Origin: Flavobacteriales bacterium
GTDB lineage: Bacteria > Bacteroidota > Bacteroidia > Flavobacteriales_C > GCA-002722245
Length of the DNA stretch: 64,000 bases
Reading direction: 5' to 3'
NCBI GenBank assembly: GCA_023251095.1
Contig: JAHEZL010000007.1
Span: 15,136-79,135, forward strand
A program made the position numbers and the translations under genes. The notes beneath the pieces were generated by a model. That model had not been told where the DNA came from. It did not search any database and was given only the letters and a program-made list of their open reading frames with translations. Below are positions 55,162-64,000 of the stretch, in pieces (position 1 is the first letter of the stretch; each line of letters starts with the position of its first letter).

Positions 55162-56247
55162 ATGATCATCCCTTTTGCCCTGGCGCTTTTAATTTTTGCT
55201 GCCTATCAGTTTTTACAACACCCTAAGTTTGGAAAAATAGCTGTTGGTGACCGACTCGAAATCATTAAAAAATCTCCCCATTTTAAAAACGGAAAATTTG
55301 AAAACATCAACCACACTCCCGATATCGTTGAAGGAGTGAGTTATTTTAAAGTGTTTAAAGAATTCTTCTTTAATAAGAGTAAAAGAAACAGACCTTTGGG
55401 AATTCTGCCTTCCCAAAAAACCGATTTGCTGAAATTAAATCCCAATAAAAATGTTTTGGTGTGGTTTGGCCATTCTTCCTATTTCATGCAAATCGACGGC
55501 AAGAAAATTCTGGTGGATCCTGTGTTGAGCGGCAATGCTTCTCCCGTGAAGTTTACCACCAAAAGCTTTAAAGGAAGTGATGTTTATACTGCTGCCGATA
55601 TCCCTGAAATAGATTACCTTTTTATTTCTCATGATCATTGGGATCATCTCGATTATCAAACGATTACCGAACTTCAGCCAAAAATTAAAAAAGTAATTAC
55701 CGGTCTCGGAGTTGCTGCTCACCTGGAACACTGGGGCTACAATAGAAATATCATCATTGAAAAAGACTGGAATGAAGAAATTATTTTAGATCCCGGTTTT
55801 GTAGTCAACACCACTTCAGCCCGCCATTTTTCCGGACGCTTATATAAAAGAGGACAATCCATTTGGTCGGCTTTTGTTTTGAAAACACCTTCCATGAAAA
55901 TTTATCTCGGAGGCGATTCCGGCTACGACACTCATTTTGCTGAAATCGGGAGAAAACACGGACCTTTTGATCTCGCTATTTTAGAATGCGGACAATATCA
56001 TCCTTATTGGGGCTATATTCATATGCTGCCCCAACAGGTGATTCAGGCTGCGGAAGATTTGCAGGCCAAAAAGTTATTGCCGGTGCATTGGGCCAAATTT
56101 TCATTGTCGCTGCACGCCTGGGATGAACCTATCACCGAAGTGATAAAAGCCAATCATAAAAATATTCCTTTAATGCATCCTATGATAGGAGAGGAAGTAG
56201 ATTTAAAAAATCATACTTCCTCCGTTGCCTGGTGGGAAAATTTGTAA
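55162..56247 (+). CDS. MBL-fold metallo-hydrolase (NAPE-PLD/beta-lactamase-like).
   Basis: The motif FISHDHWDHLD is present. Confidence 0.7.
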   Translation: MIIPFALALLIFAAYQFLQHPKFGKIAVGDRLEIIKKSPHFKNGKFENINHTPDIVEGVSYFKVFKEFFFNKSKRNRPLGILPSQKTDLLKLNPNKNVLVWFGHSSYFMQIDGKKILVDPVLSGNASPVKFTTKSFKGSDVYTAADIPEIDYLFISHDHWDHLDYQTITELQPKIKKVITGLGVAAHLEHWGYNRNIIIEKDWNEEIILDPGFVVNTTSARHFSGRLYKRGQSIWSAFVLKTPSMKIYLGGDSGYDTHFAEIGRKHGPFDLAILECGQYHPYWGYIHMLPQQVIQAAEDLQAKKLLPVHWAKFSLSLHAWDEPITEVIKANHKNIPLMHPMIGEEVDLKNHTSSVAWWENL

Positions 56248-56918
56248 GCACTTGTAAAACGATTGGCTTCCATCATCAATTTAAAGTTGAGGACATCTTC
56301 ACGGATAATGCGCTCAAATAAATTGTTGAATAGTCGGGCAGCTACTGTTCCTATTTTTCCTGCAGGAGGCATGTAAACTATTTTCACATGAATTTCAGTT
56401 CCCCGCCCTATAGGTGCATCAAAGAAACTTACTCTTCCTGCATTGTGGATGGAGGCATCTTTATCGGATTGCCATGTGAGGAGTTTGCCTTCTATTTCGT
56501 CAACTATTGTCGCTTTCCATTCAAGATTTGGAAGTCCTTTGAAATTCGCTTTCCAGATAGAATGCCTGCTGTCCAGTTCTTTTACTTCTTCCAAGTGTTT
56601 CATAAAAAGAGGAAGGTTTTCTAACTTGCGCCATACCTGGTATACTTCATCCCGCGGACTATCAATATAAATTGATTCCTGGATTTGAACGGGCTTGTAT
56701 TTCAAATGCAGGGCTTCTGTGGCGTGACAATGACCACTGATTCCACGATACAATAAATAGGAGCCCGCCAAAGTGCTCAAAACAGAGCCTGTGGAGAGTT
56801 TGTTGAGGTTGTTCACGCCTGAGGCAAGCAAAGCTGTGCCAAAAATTCCGGACACCAAACGTTGTAATTCGCCAATGTTTACATTGGAGCTTTCGTTTTT
56901 TTCTTGAGTATTTTCCAT
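56211..56918 (-). CDS. SRPBCC (cyclase/dehydrase, START-like) domain protein with an N-terminal membrane segment.
   Basis: A DUF2892-like N-terminus (GIFGTALLASGV) is followed by a polyketide-cyclase-like fold. Confidence 0.4.
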   Translation of the reverse strand: MENTQEKNESSNVNIGELQRLVSGIFGTALLASGVNNLNKLSTGSVLSTLAGSYLLYRGISGHCHATEALHLKYKPVQIQESIYIDSPRDEVYQVWRKLENLPLFMKHLEEVKELDSRHSIWKANFKGLPNLEWKATIVDEIEGKLLTWQSDKDASIHNAGRVSFFDAPIGRGTEIHVKIVYMPPAGKIGTVAARLFNNLFERIIREDVLNFKLMMEANRFTSAYKFSHQATEEV

Positions 56919-57223
56919 GATAGTTTTTTCATTACTCAGCTAAAAAATCATGCTAGGGGGAAAAGAGGAAAAAATAACACAGCTTGAGGTTGATTATGAA
57001 AACTTGAGGTCGTAAATTGTGATACCCAAAAGGATTGCTTCATCCGTTGGCTGACGGATATCGCAATGACGGCCCCTGCTGTATATTTGATAAGGTTTTT
57101 ACCCTAATCATACCAATTAAGATTAACCCCCTCCAAACCGAATCTTATAACATTTTCACCTTAAACTATAACAACATGCCTTTTCAAAGCCCGTTAATTT
57201 GACATAACATTAAACCTACATAT

Positions 57224-57478
57224 ATGAACATAAAGAAAAATATAGCCCTCAGCGATTCAGGATTCGTTTTTGATCCGTCCAGCGGAGATTCATTTTCCAC
57301 CAATCCCATTGGTTTGGAAATTATTAAACTGTTGAAAAACGGGAAGTCGGCAGATGAAATTAAAAAGCACGTTACTTCGGCGTATATGATAGATGAAAAT
57401 TCTTTTGAAAAAGATTTTTATGATTTCGTAAACATGCTTCAGAAGTTGAAAATTGCTGAAGGAGAAGATAAGAAGTAG
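57224..57478 (+). CDS. PqqD-family (RiPP-recognition-element-like) small protein.
   Basis: The protein is 84 aa. The segment FSTNPIGLEIIKLLKNGKSADEIKKHVTSAYMIDE..FEKDFYDFVNMLQKLKI follows the PqqD pattern. Confidence 0.5.
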   Translation: MNIKKNIALSDSGFVFDPSSGDSFSTNPIGLEIIKLLKNGKSADEIKKHVTSAYMIDENSFEKDFYDFVNMLQKLKIAEGEDKK

Positions 57479-57499
57479 TCTGTTGCTAAATCCACTTAA

Positions 57500-58549
57500 A
57501 TGAAAAAGAAAAAATTAACCATTGCTGTCACAGGTTTGAACGCCATTGACAGTCCGGGACCGGGAGTTCCGGTAATTCGCGCCCTGCGTGAGAGCAAGTA
57601 CTTTGATGTGCGCATCATCGGACTTTCCTATGAAGCGCTGGAGCCGGGTATATATATGCACGACTTGGTAGATAAAACTTATCAGATTCCTTTTCCATCT
57701 ACAGGAATTGATAGTTTGCTCACGCGTTTGCAATACATCAATGATCAGGAAAACATTGATTTGATCATTCCGAATTTTGATGCTGAGTTGTTCAGCTTTA
57801 TTAAACTGGTGGATCATCTGGAAAAGAAAATGAACATTAAAGTTTTCGTTCCTACGGTTGAACAGTTTGAAGAGCGTCACAAAGTCAACTTAGATGAGTT
57901 TGGAAAAAAACACAAAATAAAAGTTCCTTACAGCAAAATGATTTTCAGTACGGTTGAAATTCCTGCGCTGAAAGATCAGTTCACTTATCCGCTGGTGGTG
58001 AAAGGAAAATTCTATGATGCTTCGGTGGCTTATACACCTGAACAAGCGGCCAGTTATTTCAATAAAATCAGTGCGAAATGGGGCTTGCCGATTATCATTC
58101 AGCAATTTGTTCACGGACAGGAAGTAAATGTTACCGCCCTCGGTGATGGTAAAGGCAATACGATAGGTGCAGTGCCAATGCGTAAAACTTACATCACAGA
58201 TAAAGGAAAGGCCTGGGCCGGAATTTCTATCTCTGATGAGAAGCTGATGAGCATGACTAAAAAAATGATCAAGTCGAGTAAATGGCGTGGAGGTTTAGAA
58301 TTGGAAATTATTAAAACCGCCAACGACGACTATTATCTTTTAGAAATCAATCCGCGTTTTCCTGCCTGGGTTTATTTCGCGGTTGGTTGCGGACAAAATC
58401 ATCCGGAAGCCCTGGTGCGGATAGCTATGGGAGAAGACGTTAAGCCTTTCAAGAAATACGATGTCGGAAAAATGTTCGTCCGTTATTCTTTCGACATGAT
58501 AGTGGATTTAAAAGAATTTGAAAAAATATCAACCCTTGGGGAACTCTAG
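57500..58549 (+). CDS. ATP-grasp domain ligase.
   Basis: The segment YYLLEINPRFPAWV is ATP-grasp-like. The fold is typical at 349 aa. Confidence 0.65.
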   Translation: MKKKKLTIAVTGLNAIDSPGPGVPVIRALRESKYFDVRIIGLSYEALEPGIYMHDLVDKTYQIPFPSTGIDSLLTRLQYINDQENIDLIIPNFDAELFSFIKLVDHLEKKMNIKVFVPTVEQFEERHKVNLDEFGKKHKIKVPYSKMIFSTVEIPALKDQFTYPLVVKGKFYDASVAYTPEQAASYFNKISAKWGLPIIIQQFVHGQEVNVTALGDGKGNTIGAVPMRKTYITDKGKAWAGISISDEKLMSMTKKMIKSSKWRGGLELEIIKTANDDYYLLEINPRFPAWVYFAVGCGQNHPEALVRIAMGEDVKPFKKYDVGKMFVRYSFDMIVDLKEFEKISTLGEL

Positions 58550-58592
58550 CCCGAGTCGGGCAGGCAATTAAGAACTTTTAAAAAAATAAAAA

Positions 58593-59951
58593 ATGAAAAA
58601 GCTACAATATGAACGTCCGGTCATCACCCGCTTAAATACGGGAGTTACCAATAAATTCGGAACAAAAACAGCATTTACTCCGGTTACGCATGTAGATGGA
58701 AATGCAGTAAAAACTTTGATTGCAAATTATGGATCACCACTGTTTGTGATATCGGAACAAACCATTCGCAAAACTTTTAAAGATGCGAACAGAGCCTTCA
58801 CCACGCGTTATCCTAAGGTGCAATTTGCGTGGTCGTATAAAACAAATTACATCAACGCAGTGTGTAATGTATTTCATCAGGAAGGCTCATGGGCCGAGGT
58901 GGTATCGGGTTTTGAATATCACAAAGCATTGAACAACGATGTGCCTGGAAGTAAAATTATTTTCAACGGTCCGGATAAAACCGAAGCCGATTTACGCCTG
59001 GCGATTGAAAACAATTCATTGATTCACATCGATCATTTGGATGAGTTGTATCTCATTAAAGAACTGGCGGTGGAGATGAATAAAAAACCAAGAGTGGCCA
59101 TTCGTGTGAATATGGATACGGGCGTTTATCCTATCTGGGATCGTTTTGGATTCAACTATGAAAACGGACAAGCCTGGGATGCGATCAACAAAATTATGCT
59201 GAACGATAAAATGGAACTGGTGGGCTTACATGCACACATCGGAACTTTCATGTTGTCGCCAAATGCTTATGGAATCGCAGCTTCAAAGCTTTCTGAATTG
59301 GCTTTGAGTATCAAGAAAAAATATAAAAAGAACATTCAGTATTTAGATTTAGGCGGAGGTTTCGCATCAAAAAATACCTTGAAAGGCTCGTATTTACAGG
59401 GTGTTGATACATCACCAACTTTTGATCAATATGCTGAAGCCATTTCAACTGCGATATTGAATGCCGGATTTATAGAAGATGAATTGCCTTTGTTGATTTT
59501 GGAATCGGGCAGATCACTGATAGATGAAGCAGGAACATTATTAGGAACTGTGATTTCCAACAAACGCTTATCCGACGGGCGACGCGCAACGATCATGGAT
59601 TTTGGTGTAAACATTTTATTCACTTCTTTCTGGTACGATCACAAGATCAGTCCGGCGCAGGATTTCAGTCAGTACACTGAAGATGCGGTATTGTACGGTC
59701 CCTTGTGTATGAACATCGACGTCATCAGAGAAAATTGCACGCTGCCTCCGTTAAAGCGCGATGACCACGTGGTGGTGCACACTGTAGGGGCTTACAACAT
59801 GACGCAATGGATGCAATTTATTGCGATGCGTCCGGCGGTGATCATGATTGATATGGATGAAAAACCACACATCATCAGAAGAAGAGAAACATTGAGCACT
59901 ATAGAAAGTGTGGAGATGATGCCTGAATATTTGAAAAAATTTAAATTGTAA
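58593..59951 (+). CDS. PLP-dependent decarboxylase of the Orn/DAP/Arg family (alanine-racemase fold type III).
   Basis: The PLP-lysine region reads FAWSYKTNY. The motifs YLDLGGGF and the EPGR-like ESGRSL are present. Confidence 0.7.
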   Translation: MKKLQYERPVITRLNTGVTNKFGTKTAFTPVTHVDGNAVKTLIANYGSPLFVISEQTIRKTFKDANRAFTTRYPKVQFAWSYKTNYINAVCNVFHQEGSWAEVVSGFEYHKALNNDVPGSKIIFNGPDKTEADLRLAIENNSLIHIDHLDELYLIKELAVEMNKKPRVAIRVNMDTGVYPIWDRFGFNYENGQAWDAINKIMLNDKMELVGLHAHIGTFMLSPNAYGIAASKLSELALSIKKKYKKNIQYLDLGGGFASKNTLKGSYLQGVDTSPTFDQYAEAISTAILNAGFIEDELPLLILESGRSLIDEAGTLLGTVISNKRLSDGRRATIMDFGVNILFTSFWYDHKISPAQDFSQYTEDAVLYGPLCMNIDVIRENCTLPPLKRDDHVVVHTVGAYNMTQWMQFIAMRPAVIMIDMDEKPHIIRRRETLSTIESVEMMPEYLKKFKL

Positions 59952-59959
59952 TTTTAACT

Positions 59960-60032
59960 CTCGTCATTGCGAGGTACTCCGAAGCAATCTCATAAAGGTT
60001 GATAAGATTGCTTCGTTCCTCGCAATGACGAG
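59960..60032. repeat. Long imperfect hairpin of about 73 nt, between the decarboxylase gene and the UT-M23 gene.
   Basis: The outer stem CTCGTCATTGCGAGG pairs with CCTCGCAATGACGAG. The inner stem GAAGCAATCT pairs with AGATTGCTTC. Confidence 0.7.
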
Positions 60033-60058
60033 CTTGATTAATCTATGAATTCAGAACT

Positions 60059-62236
60059 ATGAAATTCTACCGGGACAGTATCGTCAATAGCTATGCGCAA
60101 ATATTTTTCTCTAACCATAAATGGTTTGCGTATTTATTGCTGATCGCCAGTTTTATTGATCCTTATTTAGGTTTGAGCGGATTGATCGCTGCCACTGCTT
60201 CCGTGTTTTTTGCGAAGTGGATGGGCTTCAATAAAGAAACTATTCGCACAGGAATGTATTCTTATAATTCCATTCTGGTAGGATTTACGATCGCTGTTTT
60301 TTATAAAATGTCCTTGCCTTTTTTCGGATTGTTATTGCTGGCTTCTTTATTAACGATGTTGCTTACCGTGTGCTTGTCGGCTTTTGTTTCATCCTATAAA
60401 ATTCCTTTTTTGAGTTTGCCTTTCATGTTTTCGGTGTGGGCGATATTGAAAAGTGTAGGAGGTCATGGGTTTAAAGCGGTAGAGTGGAGTGAACGGGGAA
60501 TATATAGTATCAACGAATACTATAGTTTCTGGGGGCCTGAAATGGGCGAATTCATGAAGAATTTAGCCGAAGTGAAATTCCCATTATTGATTGATGTTTA
60601 TCTGAAATCACTGGGCGCTATTTTCTTTCAATACAATTTGCTCACGGGAATTTTAATTGCGGTGGGCTTGTTGATTTATTCGCGGATTGCTTTCTCTTTG
60701 TCGGTGCTTGGATTTTTAACCGGATACTTTTTTGTTCAGTATTTCCATGGAAATATGGATGAGTTGGAATACAGTTATATCGGTTTCAATTACATTTTAA
60801 CTTCCATTGCTTTGGGCGGATTTTTCATGGTGCCGTCTTGGAGATCCTACGTGTTGGTGATGGTGTGCGCGGCTTTAATTGCCTTAAGCATAAGTTCATT
60901 GGGTAAATTCTTTTCGGTTTTTGGCTTACCGATTTATTCGCTTCCTTTTTCTTTGATAGTGATGCTGGTGATTTATGCACTCAACAATCGTTATTCATTA
61001 AACGGTTTGAATATGGTGCAGTACCAGCTTTATTCTCCCGAGAAAAATTTATACACTTTCCGTAACCGCTTGGAACGATTTAAAAACGATACTTACTTCC
61101 ATATTCATTTGCCTTATTTCGGAGAATGGTTTGTATCGCAGGCCCACGAAGGAAAAATAACACATAAAGAAGACTGGCGTTTTGCTTTCGATTTTGTGAT
61201 TGCCGATGAAACACAAAAAACTTTTAAATCGCCGGGCGAACAACTCACCGATTTTTATTGTTACAATTTACCTGTGTTGTCGCCTGCTGCAGGCTATGTA
61301 GTCACATTGGTAGATGGTATTGAAGACAATAATATCGGCGATGTGAATTTGGGAGAAAACTGGGGAAATACGATTGTGATTAAGCACGCCGATTTTTTAT
61401 ACAGCAAAATCTCGCACATCAAACAAGGATCATTTAAAGTGAAGTTGGGCGATTATGTAAAAAAAGGAGAAGTGCTGGCAAGCTGTGGTAATTCAGGAAG
61501 ATCTCCCGAACCGCACATCCATTTTCAAATGCAGTCGACACCTTTTGTGGGGGCCAAAACCTTAAAATATCCTATTGCTTATTACGTATCAAAACTGAAC
61601 GGTCAGTATAAATTTCATTCGTTTGATTATCCGCTGGAAGGTCAAACAGTTTTCAGAATAAACACTACTGCCTTACTCAAAAACAATTTTGATTTTGTAC
61701 CCGGTATGACCATGGATTTTGCAGTGGATACCAACGGTGAAAAAACCAATGTGAAGTGGGAAGTATTTGTGGATGCGGCCAATCAGGCGTACATCTATTG
61801 TCACGAAACTGAATCGGTGGCCTATTTTGTGAACAATGAAACGCTGCATTATTTCACCGATTTTAAAGGCGATAAAACATCATTGCTCTACTATTTTTAT
61901 TTAGGAGCACATAAAATTTTACTGGGTTACTATGATCAGTTAGAGGTGAAGGATATTTTACCTATTGATGGCTTCTTCACCGGATTTGCTAAAGTAATAC
62001 AAGATTTTGTGGCGCCTTTCGGTATTTATTTGAAAACGCAATACACCGCAAAATTTATGGAGATCGACGATTTGCTGAGTCCCACCAAAATAAAAATATC
62101 TTCTTCCGCACAAGTTAAAATCGGTAGCAGCGTGCGAAGAAAAATTGATTTTGATTTTGTAATAAATCACAGTAAGAATTTCACAATGACTATTAACGAA
62201 GGAAAAGTATGCAAGCACGTTATTCGTATAGCTTAA
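60059..62236 (+). CDS. Fusion of a urea-transporter-family (UT) membrane domain to a C-terminal M23 (LytM-type) metallopeptidase domain.
   Basis: The N-terminus (YAQIFFSN...YSYNSILVGFTI...IPFLSLPFMFSVW) aligns with bacterial UT signatures. The C-terminus (GNTIVIKHADFLYSKISHIK...GNSGRSPEPHIHFQMQ) carries the M23 motifs. Confidence 0.6.
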   Translation: MKFYRDSIVNSYAQIFFSNHKWFAYLLLIASFIDPYLGLSGLIAATASVFFAKWMGFNKETIRTGMYSYNSILVGFTIAVFYKMSLPFFGLLLLASLLTMLLTVCLSAFVSSYKIPFLSLPFMFSVWAILKSVGGHGFKAVEWSERGIYSINEYYSFWGPEMGEFMKNLAEVKFPLLIDVYLKSLGAIFFQYNLLTGILIAVGLLIYSRIAFSLSVLGFLTGYFFVQYFHGNMDELEYSYIGFNYILTSIALGGFFMVPSWRSYVLVMVCAALIALSISSLGKFFSVFGLPIYSLPFSLIVMLVIYALNNRYSLNGLNMVQYQLYSPEKNLYTFRNRLERFKNDTYFHIHLPYFGEWFVSQAHEGKITHKEDWRFAFDFVIADETQKTFKSPGEQLTDFYCYNLPVLSPAAGYVVTLVDGIEDNNIGDVNLGENWGNTIVIKHADFLYSKISHIKQGSFKVKLGDYVKKGEVLASCGNSGRSPEPHIHFQMQSTPFVGAKTLKYPIAYYVSKLNGQYKFHSFDYPLEGQTVFRINTTALLKNNFDFVPGMTMDFAVDTNGEKTNVKWEVFVDAANQAYIYCHETESVAYFVNNETLHYFTDFKGDKTSLLYYFYLGAHKILLGYYDQLEVKDILPIDGFFTGFAKVIQDFVAPFGIYLKTQYTAKFMEIDDLLSPTKIKISSSAQVKIGSSVRRKIDFDFVINHSKNFTMTINEGKVCKHVIRIA

Positions 62237-63423
62237 TATTTTCTTTTTTGCTTTTGTGCGCTGTGAATAGCTATTCGCAGCAAACATTAAACACGCAGGT
62301 GGTAGCAAAAAGATCATATGGAATGTATCTCAAGCAGCAATGGCCCGAGCTGATTGCCTATGGTGATTCGGTTTTGAAATTGGGATATGATTATTATTAC
62401 ATCCGCATGCGCATGGGCATTGCCTATTTTGAATTAAAAAAATATCGTTTGGCTGAGCCTCATTTTAAAAAGGCGATTGAGTTCAATGCTCAGGAAGATT
62501 TGGCGTATGAATATTTGTATTACATCTACGTTTATACCGACAGGTTTGAGGAAAGCAGAAAACTTACTAAAAAATTCAGTGCAACTTTAAAACAAAAATT
62601 ACAAAGCGACAGTTTGCCCAAAGTAGAGTATAGATTTGCTGAAGCAGGGGAAAAAATAAGTAATAATACGGAAACGCCCAATGCTACTTATGTTCAGCTC
62701 GGATTGGGTCATAATATTGCAAATAACTTTTCGCTTTTACACGCTTACACTTATTACGGACAAGGAAATAATGAGTGGAAAATAAATCAAAATCAGTATT
62801 ACATCAGAGCGAATTTTCCCATGAAAAATAATTTTATGTTGTCGGGAGCTTTTCATTTTGTAGAAAGAAGTACGGCTCTGTTTTCTAATACAGGCAATTT
62901 TACGGGCTCGACAAAACCAAGCTCTGTGCTCTTTACTTACAATTATGTAGAATCAATTTTACTCAGAAAAAGTTTTGAGAGATTTGATGCTTCACTGGGA
63001 TCAACGGTTTTATGGCTGGATAGTGTTTTTCAATTTCAACACAATGCAATGATTAATTACTTTCCGCTTGGAAATAATAAATTAGGGATAGGTGCAAATG
63101 TTTATTTGTATACAAGGGATGCGTATTCCAGTGTGAATTTTGTTTTCGTGCCCTTTGTTTCGTTTAAACCTCTTCAGAAACTTTCGTTGTTTGGAAGTTA
63201 TTTACTGAATTCAGGTTACAACAACATAGCAGAATGGAATGGATATGTAGTCAATAATTCCCCTGATTTAACAACAGGAAAGTTAACCCTTAATGCCGAT
63301 TGGACCATCAATAAAAAATGGGATTTATACGCCACTTATCAATACGAAAACAAACAATTATTTGCCACAACAACAGAATATCAATTCAATTCAATTTTTG
63401 TAGGAATAAAATTTAAACCTTAA
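62209..63423 (+). CDS. Hypothetical secreted protein, possibly an outer-membrane protein.
   Basis: It has a signal peptide, a TPR-like N-terminal segment and a beta-rich remainder. Confidence 0.3.
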   Translation: MQARYSYSLIFSFLLLCAVNSYSQQTLNTQVVAKRSYGMYLKQQWPELIAYGDSVLKLGYDYYYIRMRMGIAYFELKKYRLAEPHFKKAIEFNAQEDLAYEYLYYIYVYTDRFEESRKLTKKFSATLKQKLQSDSLPKVEYRFAEAGEKISNNTETPNATYVQLGLGHNIANNFSLLHAYTYYGQGNNEWKINQNQYYIRANFPMKNNFMLSGAFHFVERSTALFSNTGNFTGSTKPSSVLFTYNYVESILLRKSFERFDASLGSTVLWLDSVFQFQHNAMINYFPLGNNKLGIGANVYLYTRDAYSSVNFVFVPFVSFKPLQKLSLFGSYLLNSGYNNIAEWNGYVVNNSPDLTTGKLTLNADWTINKKWDLYATYQYENKQLFATTTEYQFNSIFVGIKFKP

Positions 63424-63443
63424 CACACCTAAATACCAGTTAT

Positions 63444-64000
63444 ATGAAAATCGTATATAAATTATTATTGAGTGCAATGTTTATCGGAGGGATGAATACT
63501 GTGCGTGCGCAAGATAACTCTTTACAAGATGTTTTTACGCAAAGTTATTATTCGGAAAAGCAGGCAAATTACACCTTGGCGATTTCGGCAATGAAAAAAG
63601 TTTATGATGCTCAATCCTATGAAATTAATTTGCGTTTGGGATGGTTGAGTTATGAGGCGGGAATGTACAAGGAGTCGCTCAATTATTATCAGATTGCAGT
63701 TGCGTTGATGCCTTATTCCATTGAAGCAAAATTAGGATTGGTGTATCCTGCAGCGGCATTGGGAAATATGACGCAGGTGACCGATGCCTATAAAAAAATA
63801 TTGGAAATTGATCCACAAAACACCACTGCCAATTACCGCATGGGATATATTTTTTACGACAAAAAAGATTACCAGTCGGCTTTCCCTTATTTTGAAAAAG
63901 TAGTGAATTTATATCCTTTTAGTTATGACGGATTGTTGATGTTTGCGTGGACCAATTATCAATTGGGAAAAACGCGTGAAGCACATGTGTTGTTCAATAA
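63444..64000 (+). CDS. Secreted TPR-repeat protein. The 3' end runs off the window.
   Basis: It has a signal peptide and TPR-like repeats. Confidence 0.45.
   Translation, partial: MKIVYKLLLSAMFIGGMNTVRAQDNSLQDVFTQSYYSEKQANYTLAISAMKKVYDAQSYEINLRLGWLSYEAGMYKESLNYYQIAVALMPYSIEAKLGLVYPAAALGNMTQVTDAYKKILEIDPQNTTANYRMGYIFYDKKDYQSAFPYFEKVVNLYPFSYDGLLMFAWTNYQLGKTREAHVLFN

Noticed and set aside
57189-57200. A single GCCCGTTAATTT half-site upstream of the PqqD-like gene, resembling the CCGTTAAA operator.
   Set aside because: Only one copy is present, and there is no partner at 21 bp. A single 8-mer match is expected by chance in 64 kb.
1-64000. A search for CRISPR arrays, rRNA or tRNA genes, and transposase/IS elements.
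   Set aside because: No spaced identical repeats typical of CRISPR were seen. No tRNA T-arm (GGTTCGAATCC-like) or rRNA-like segments were seen in the intergenic regions. No transposase or integrase ORFs were recognised. A by-eye scan cannot exclude short tRNAs with certainty.

Overview
The window is a chromosomal segment from a Bacteroidota genome, probably a Sphingobacteriia/Chitinophagia-type organism. Three things point that way: a fused LpxC-FabZ gene, several proteins with type IX secretion (T9SS) C-terminal sorting domains, and a PorX-like T9SS response regulator. A fourth is the TAnnTTTG-type -7 promoter box with no Shine-Dalgarno sequences. Housekeeping genes are der, rsgA, dtd, mazG-like, ald, tsaE, lpxD-lpxC/fabZ-lpxA, efp, rnhB, aroB and aroA. 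Three accessory regions lie among them.

(1) Positions 3.4-17 kb carry a tandemly duplicated module. A LytS/YehU-type membrane histidine kinase is transcribed divergently from a secreted tail-fibre-like repeat protein plus a T9SS-exported hydrolase (GH16 glucanase, or PGAP1-like lipases). A single LytTR response regulator sits between the copies. The modules share 21-22 bp-spaced CCGTTAAA direct repeats that look like LytTR operators, and a 5' leader that is more conserved than the adjacent coding DNA. The same operator pairs, in the opposite orientation, sit about 50-150 nt upstream of two paralogous intergenic elements of 60-90 nt that end in intrinsic terminators. These are candidate regulator-controlled small RNAs, an agr/RNAIII-like logic.

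(2) Positions 57.2-62.2 kb hold an unusual cluster: a PqqD-like (RiPP-recognition-element-like) small protein, an ATP-grasp ligase, a fold-III PLP decarboxylase, and a urea-transporter-family membrane domain fused to an M23 peptidase.

(3) Positions 33-44 kb are a surface-glycan island with an O-antigen ligase-like gene, two Wzz-like genes, a flippase, a GT2, a DUF2304-like gene, two GT-C-like membrane proteins and a methyltransferase.

Other oddities are a HigB/HigA pair and a SET-domain gene inserted into the lpx cluster, two small secreted Cys-rich proteins, and two very long perfect or near-perfect hairpins. No rRNA, tRNA, CRISPR array or transposase was recognised. All functional calls rest on motif recognition by eye, not database searches.
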